Below, piece after piece: positions 28,621 to 30,700 of a DNA stretch of 30,700 bases. This DNA comes from a virus (taxonomy: Duplodnaviria > Caudoviricetes), in the IMG/VR virus record IMGVR_UViG_3300025276_003640, positions 1 to 30,700 of that record, one strand, 5' to 3'. The notes under the pieces are model-generated. The model searched no databases. It saw nothing but the letters and a program-made list of their open reading frames with translations, and had not been told where the DNA came from. The stretch's first letter is position 1. Each line of letters begins with the position of its first letter. Both the position numbers and the translations under genes were made by a program.

Positions 28621-30096
28621 TTATCCTAAACTTATTACTAGTTCTAATGCAATATTTTCAGCATCACCTACTGATATACCTGCGCCAGAGCCTGCTACAG
28701 ATCCCCACGCACTATTATAATATACTTCAACTCGTTGTTCTTGAGTATTATATCTCATCATTCCTGTTTCGGTATTTGCTACTGGTGGACGCTGTGCTGA
28801 TGTCCCTACTGGAATAACTAATCCGCCAGTTCCATTAAACTTTACATATCCGTTACCAGTTTGTGCAAATGTAGTAACTCCGTCAGTAACAGTATTTGTT
28901 ATAGTTTGGTTTTTAAAACTAAGTGCATTATCAAATACTACACTACCTGTTCCATTTGCACTAAGATTTAAATTTGTATTTCCAGATACTGTACTAATAG
29001 TATTACTATCAATATCAATTTGATCTACAGTTACCTTAGGAGCATTAAATCGTGTGCTTGTTAAATCTGCTACAGTAGTACCTGCAATATTAAATCTTAT
29101 AGTATTATCATTTGCTCCTGGAGTAGCTTCTGCTGTAATTTTTGTGTCACCGTCTAGGTCTTGTACTCCATTAAGTACGATCCAGTTAGACCCGTTATAT
29201 CCCTCGACACTATTTGTATCGCTGTTATATCTAACTTTACCAGGTGCAGCAGTTGGTCGTTGTGCTGTTGTTCCAACTGGAAGTTTTAAAGATCCTGTTC
29301 CAGTTATAGTTACGTTTCCGTTTGCAGGAGCAAGTGTAAGATCACCTGTGCTTGTAATTATTCCGTTTTTAAAACTAAGATTATCAACTACAACACTTCC
29401 TGCGCCATTGCCGCGTAACTCTAAGTTAGCGTTTGATACTGATGTTTGTATAGTATTAGTAGTAATGTTTATATCGCCAATATTACCCGTAGTACCAACT
29501 ACATCATTAATATATGCGTTATTCCATTTCTTTGAAGATGAACCTAAATTATATGTATTAGTGGTATCCGGTATAATATTACTTGCAATGTCAGCATTAA
29601 ATGTTACGTTGTCAGTATCTGCATCACCAATAGTTATATTACCATTTGCTGTAATATTTCCTGTTGCAGTAATGTTTCCGTATACATTTGTATTACCTTG
29701 TACCTCAAAAATGCCTGTTCCGTTTGGAACAAATTCTATGTTAGCATTAGAATCATTTGTTGAAATAACGTTATTAGTAATATCAATTGAGTCAATTGTT
29801 AAACGCTTATTATAGACAACATTGTCTGATGTTCCTAAAATTAATGTAGGTGCAGTTGTACTGATAGTGTTTCCACTAATCAACACAGTACCAAACGTAC
29901 TTGTTCCGCTTACTTGTAATCCAGGGGTTCTTGTTGTGCCAGTAACGTCTAAATCGTATTGGGGACTTGCGTTGTTGATACCAACGCGGCTGTTATTAAC
30001 ATCTAGATATAGTAAATTCGTCTCAAAAGCTAGATCTACACCCTCACGGAGCAAATTTGCTTTTAAGAGCGGACCACTAATGCGACCAATAGCCAT
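28621..30096 (-). CDS. tail fibre-like structural protein (491 aa)
   Basis: Repeated NxIxTxxxNxN(L/I)xxxxNGxG shaft units and two (L/I)PVGTxAQRP...RYNxxxxxxExY modules; GAGGAG SD. Confidence 0.7.
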   Translation of the reverse strand: MAIGRISGPLLKANLLREGVDLAFETNLLYLDVNNSRVGINNASPQYDLDVTGTTRTPGLQVSGTSTFGTVLISGNTISTTAPTLILGTSDNVVYNKRLTIDSIDITNNVISTNDSNANIEFVPNGTGIFEVQGNTNVYGNITATGNITANGNITIGDADTDNVTFNADIASNIIPDTTNTYNLGSSSKKWNNAYINDVVGTTGNIGDINITTNTIQTSVSNANLELRGNGAGSVVVDNLSFKNGIITSTGDLTLAPANGNVTITGTGSLKLPVGTTAQRPTAAPGKVRYNSDTNSVEGYNGSNWIVLNGVQDLDGDTKITAEATPGANDNTIRFNIAGTTVADLTSTRFNAPKVTVDQIDIDSNTISTVSGNTNLNLSANGTGSVVFDNALSFKNQTITNTVTDGVTTFAQTGNGYVKFNGTGGLVIPVGTSAQRPPVANTETGMMRYNTQEQRVEVYYNSAWGSVAGSGAGISVGDAENIALELVISLG

Positions 30097-30212
30097 CTTC
30101 TCTCCTCAATACGGGGATCCTGTCCCTCTAGCCAAATTCTCAGTCTTTCGACGCTTTGCTGGTTAACCACAGTGTGTCACTGCATGTATTTGGTCATACG
30201 TTGCAGCAATAG
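30097..30212 (-). promoter_or_regulatory. long structured 5' leader (candidate cis-regulatory RNA)
   Basis: About 115 nt, GC-richer than other intergenic DNA, with hairpins CUGCA-AC-GUAU-GACCAA-AUAC-A-UGCAG, GUC-GAAA-GAC and GGGA-CAGGA-UCCC before the SD. Confidence 0.5.
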
Positions 30213-30220
30213 TATTTATC
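30213..30220 (-). promoter_or_regulatory. T4-like late promoter box (GATAAATA)
   Basis: Intergenic, immediately upstream of the structured leader. Confidence 0.6.
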
Positions 30221-30235
30221 GAAATGTTGTATTAA

Positions 30236-30700
30236 TTAACCCAGTATAATTGTATATTGGAGAGCAAGTTCATTCATTTCTTCAAGAGTAAGTGTGCCGC
30301 CTGTACCTGCAGAGCTTGCGTAACTTGATCCAGTCCAGGTTTCAAGTGTGTCAGAATCTGTATTCCACCTAGTGTCGCCTATCTGGGGACTAGCCCAGCG
30401 ACTTGCATTATTTCCCAGTGGAATAACAAACCCATTAGTACCAGCTATTTTATCATATCCAAATCCAGTCGGTGTTGATGTTAACGGACTATTACTAGTA
30501 TTATTAATAGTAGTGGCATTAAAGTTAATATTACCAATATTAATTGTTCCAGTACCATGTGGTGTAAATTGTAGGTTAGTGTTAGCAGTAGTAGTAGATA
30601 TTAAATTATTGTTCATATTAATATCGTCAACTTGCAATCCTGTTAAATTTACACTTGTACTATTAATTAACCCTGATGCTGAATTATTTGTAGTAAAGCT
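30236..30700 (-). CDS. tail fibre-like protein, C-terminal part only (paralog of the 491-aa protein)
   Basis: Frame stays open from 30637 to the window edge (SFTTNNSASGLINSTSVNLTGLQVDD...), so the TTG start in the ORF track is not the true start; collinear with the 491-aa C-terminus (GxGYxKxxGTxGxVIPxG...RxN...LG). Confidence 0.75.
   Translation of the reverse strand, partial: SFTTNNSASGLINSTSVNLTGLQVDDINMNNNLISTTTANTNLQFTPHGTGTINIGNINFNATTINNTSNSPLTSTPTGFGYDKIAGTNGFVIPLGNNASRWASPQIGDTRWNTDSDTLETWTGSSYASSAGTGGTLTLEEMNELALQYTIILG

Noticed and set aside
30135-30160. Hammerhead ribozyme or c-di-GMP-I riboswitch in the leader (GAAA...CUGAGA; GCAAA..GAAA)
   Set aside because: CUGAnGA core is incomplete and spacing cannot form stems I-III; the GEMM second stem and tetraloop receptor are not evident.
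3094-30166. Many plus-strand ORFs antisense to the structural genes (e.g. 29054-29815, 19476-19877, 29822-30166) and short alternative-frame ORFs in the Cys-rich genes
   Set aside because: Shadows of G/T/S/A-rich coding sequence; fully or largely overlap well-supported genes and show no recognisable motifs.
1-30700. Genome-wide stop-codon reassignment
   Set aside because: Genes up to 6.4 kb are intact and densely packed under the standard code.

Overview
AT-rich fragment of a large tailed dsDNA phage (T4-like/jumbo myovirus type, probably aquatic); no rRNA, tRNA, CRISPR or mobile element seen. 1-2800 (+) is the end of a tightly coupled ADP-heptose biosynthesis operon: RfaE-II/HldC nucleotidyltransferase (partial), HldD epimerase, a 2OG-Fe(II) oxygenase, a cupin and GmhB. 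2797-30700 (-) is a convergent late, virion-structural region with T4-type late-promoter boxes (NATAAATA/CTAAATA). It holds giant fibre/spike-like proteins (2120, 1590, 1611 aa), small connector-type proteins and a cassette of three Cys/Gly-rich adhesin-like paralogs with two tail-fibre-assembly-chaperone-like paralogs. Embedded among these, behind a terminator and a perfect TATAAATA box, are a GT9-like heptosyltransferase and a NodU/CmcH-family carbamoyltransferase. Best candidate for an undescribed system (inference): phage-encoded heptosylation/carbamoylation of its own virion proteins. All family calls come from motif recognition by eye; no database search was run.
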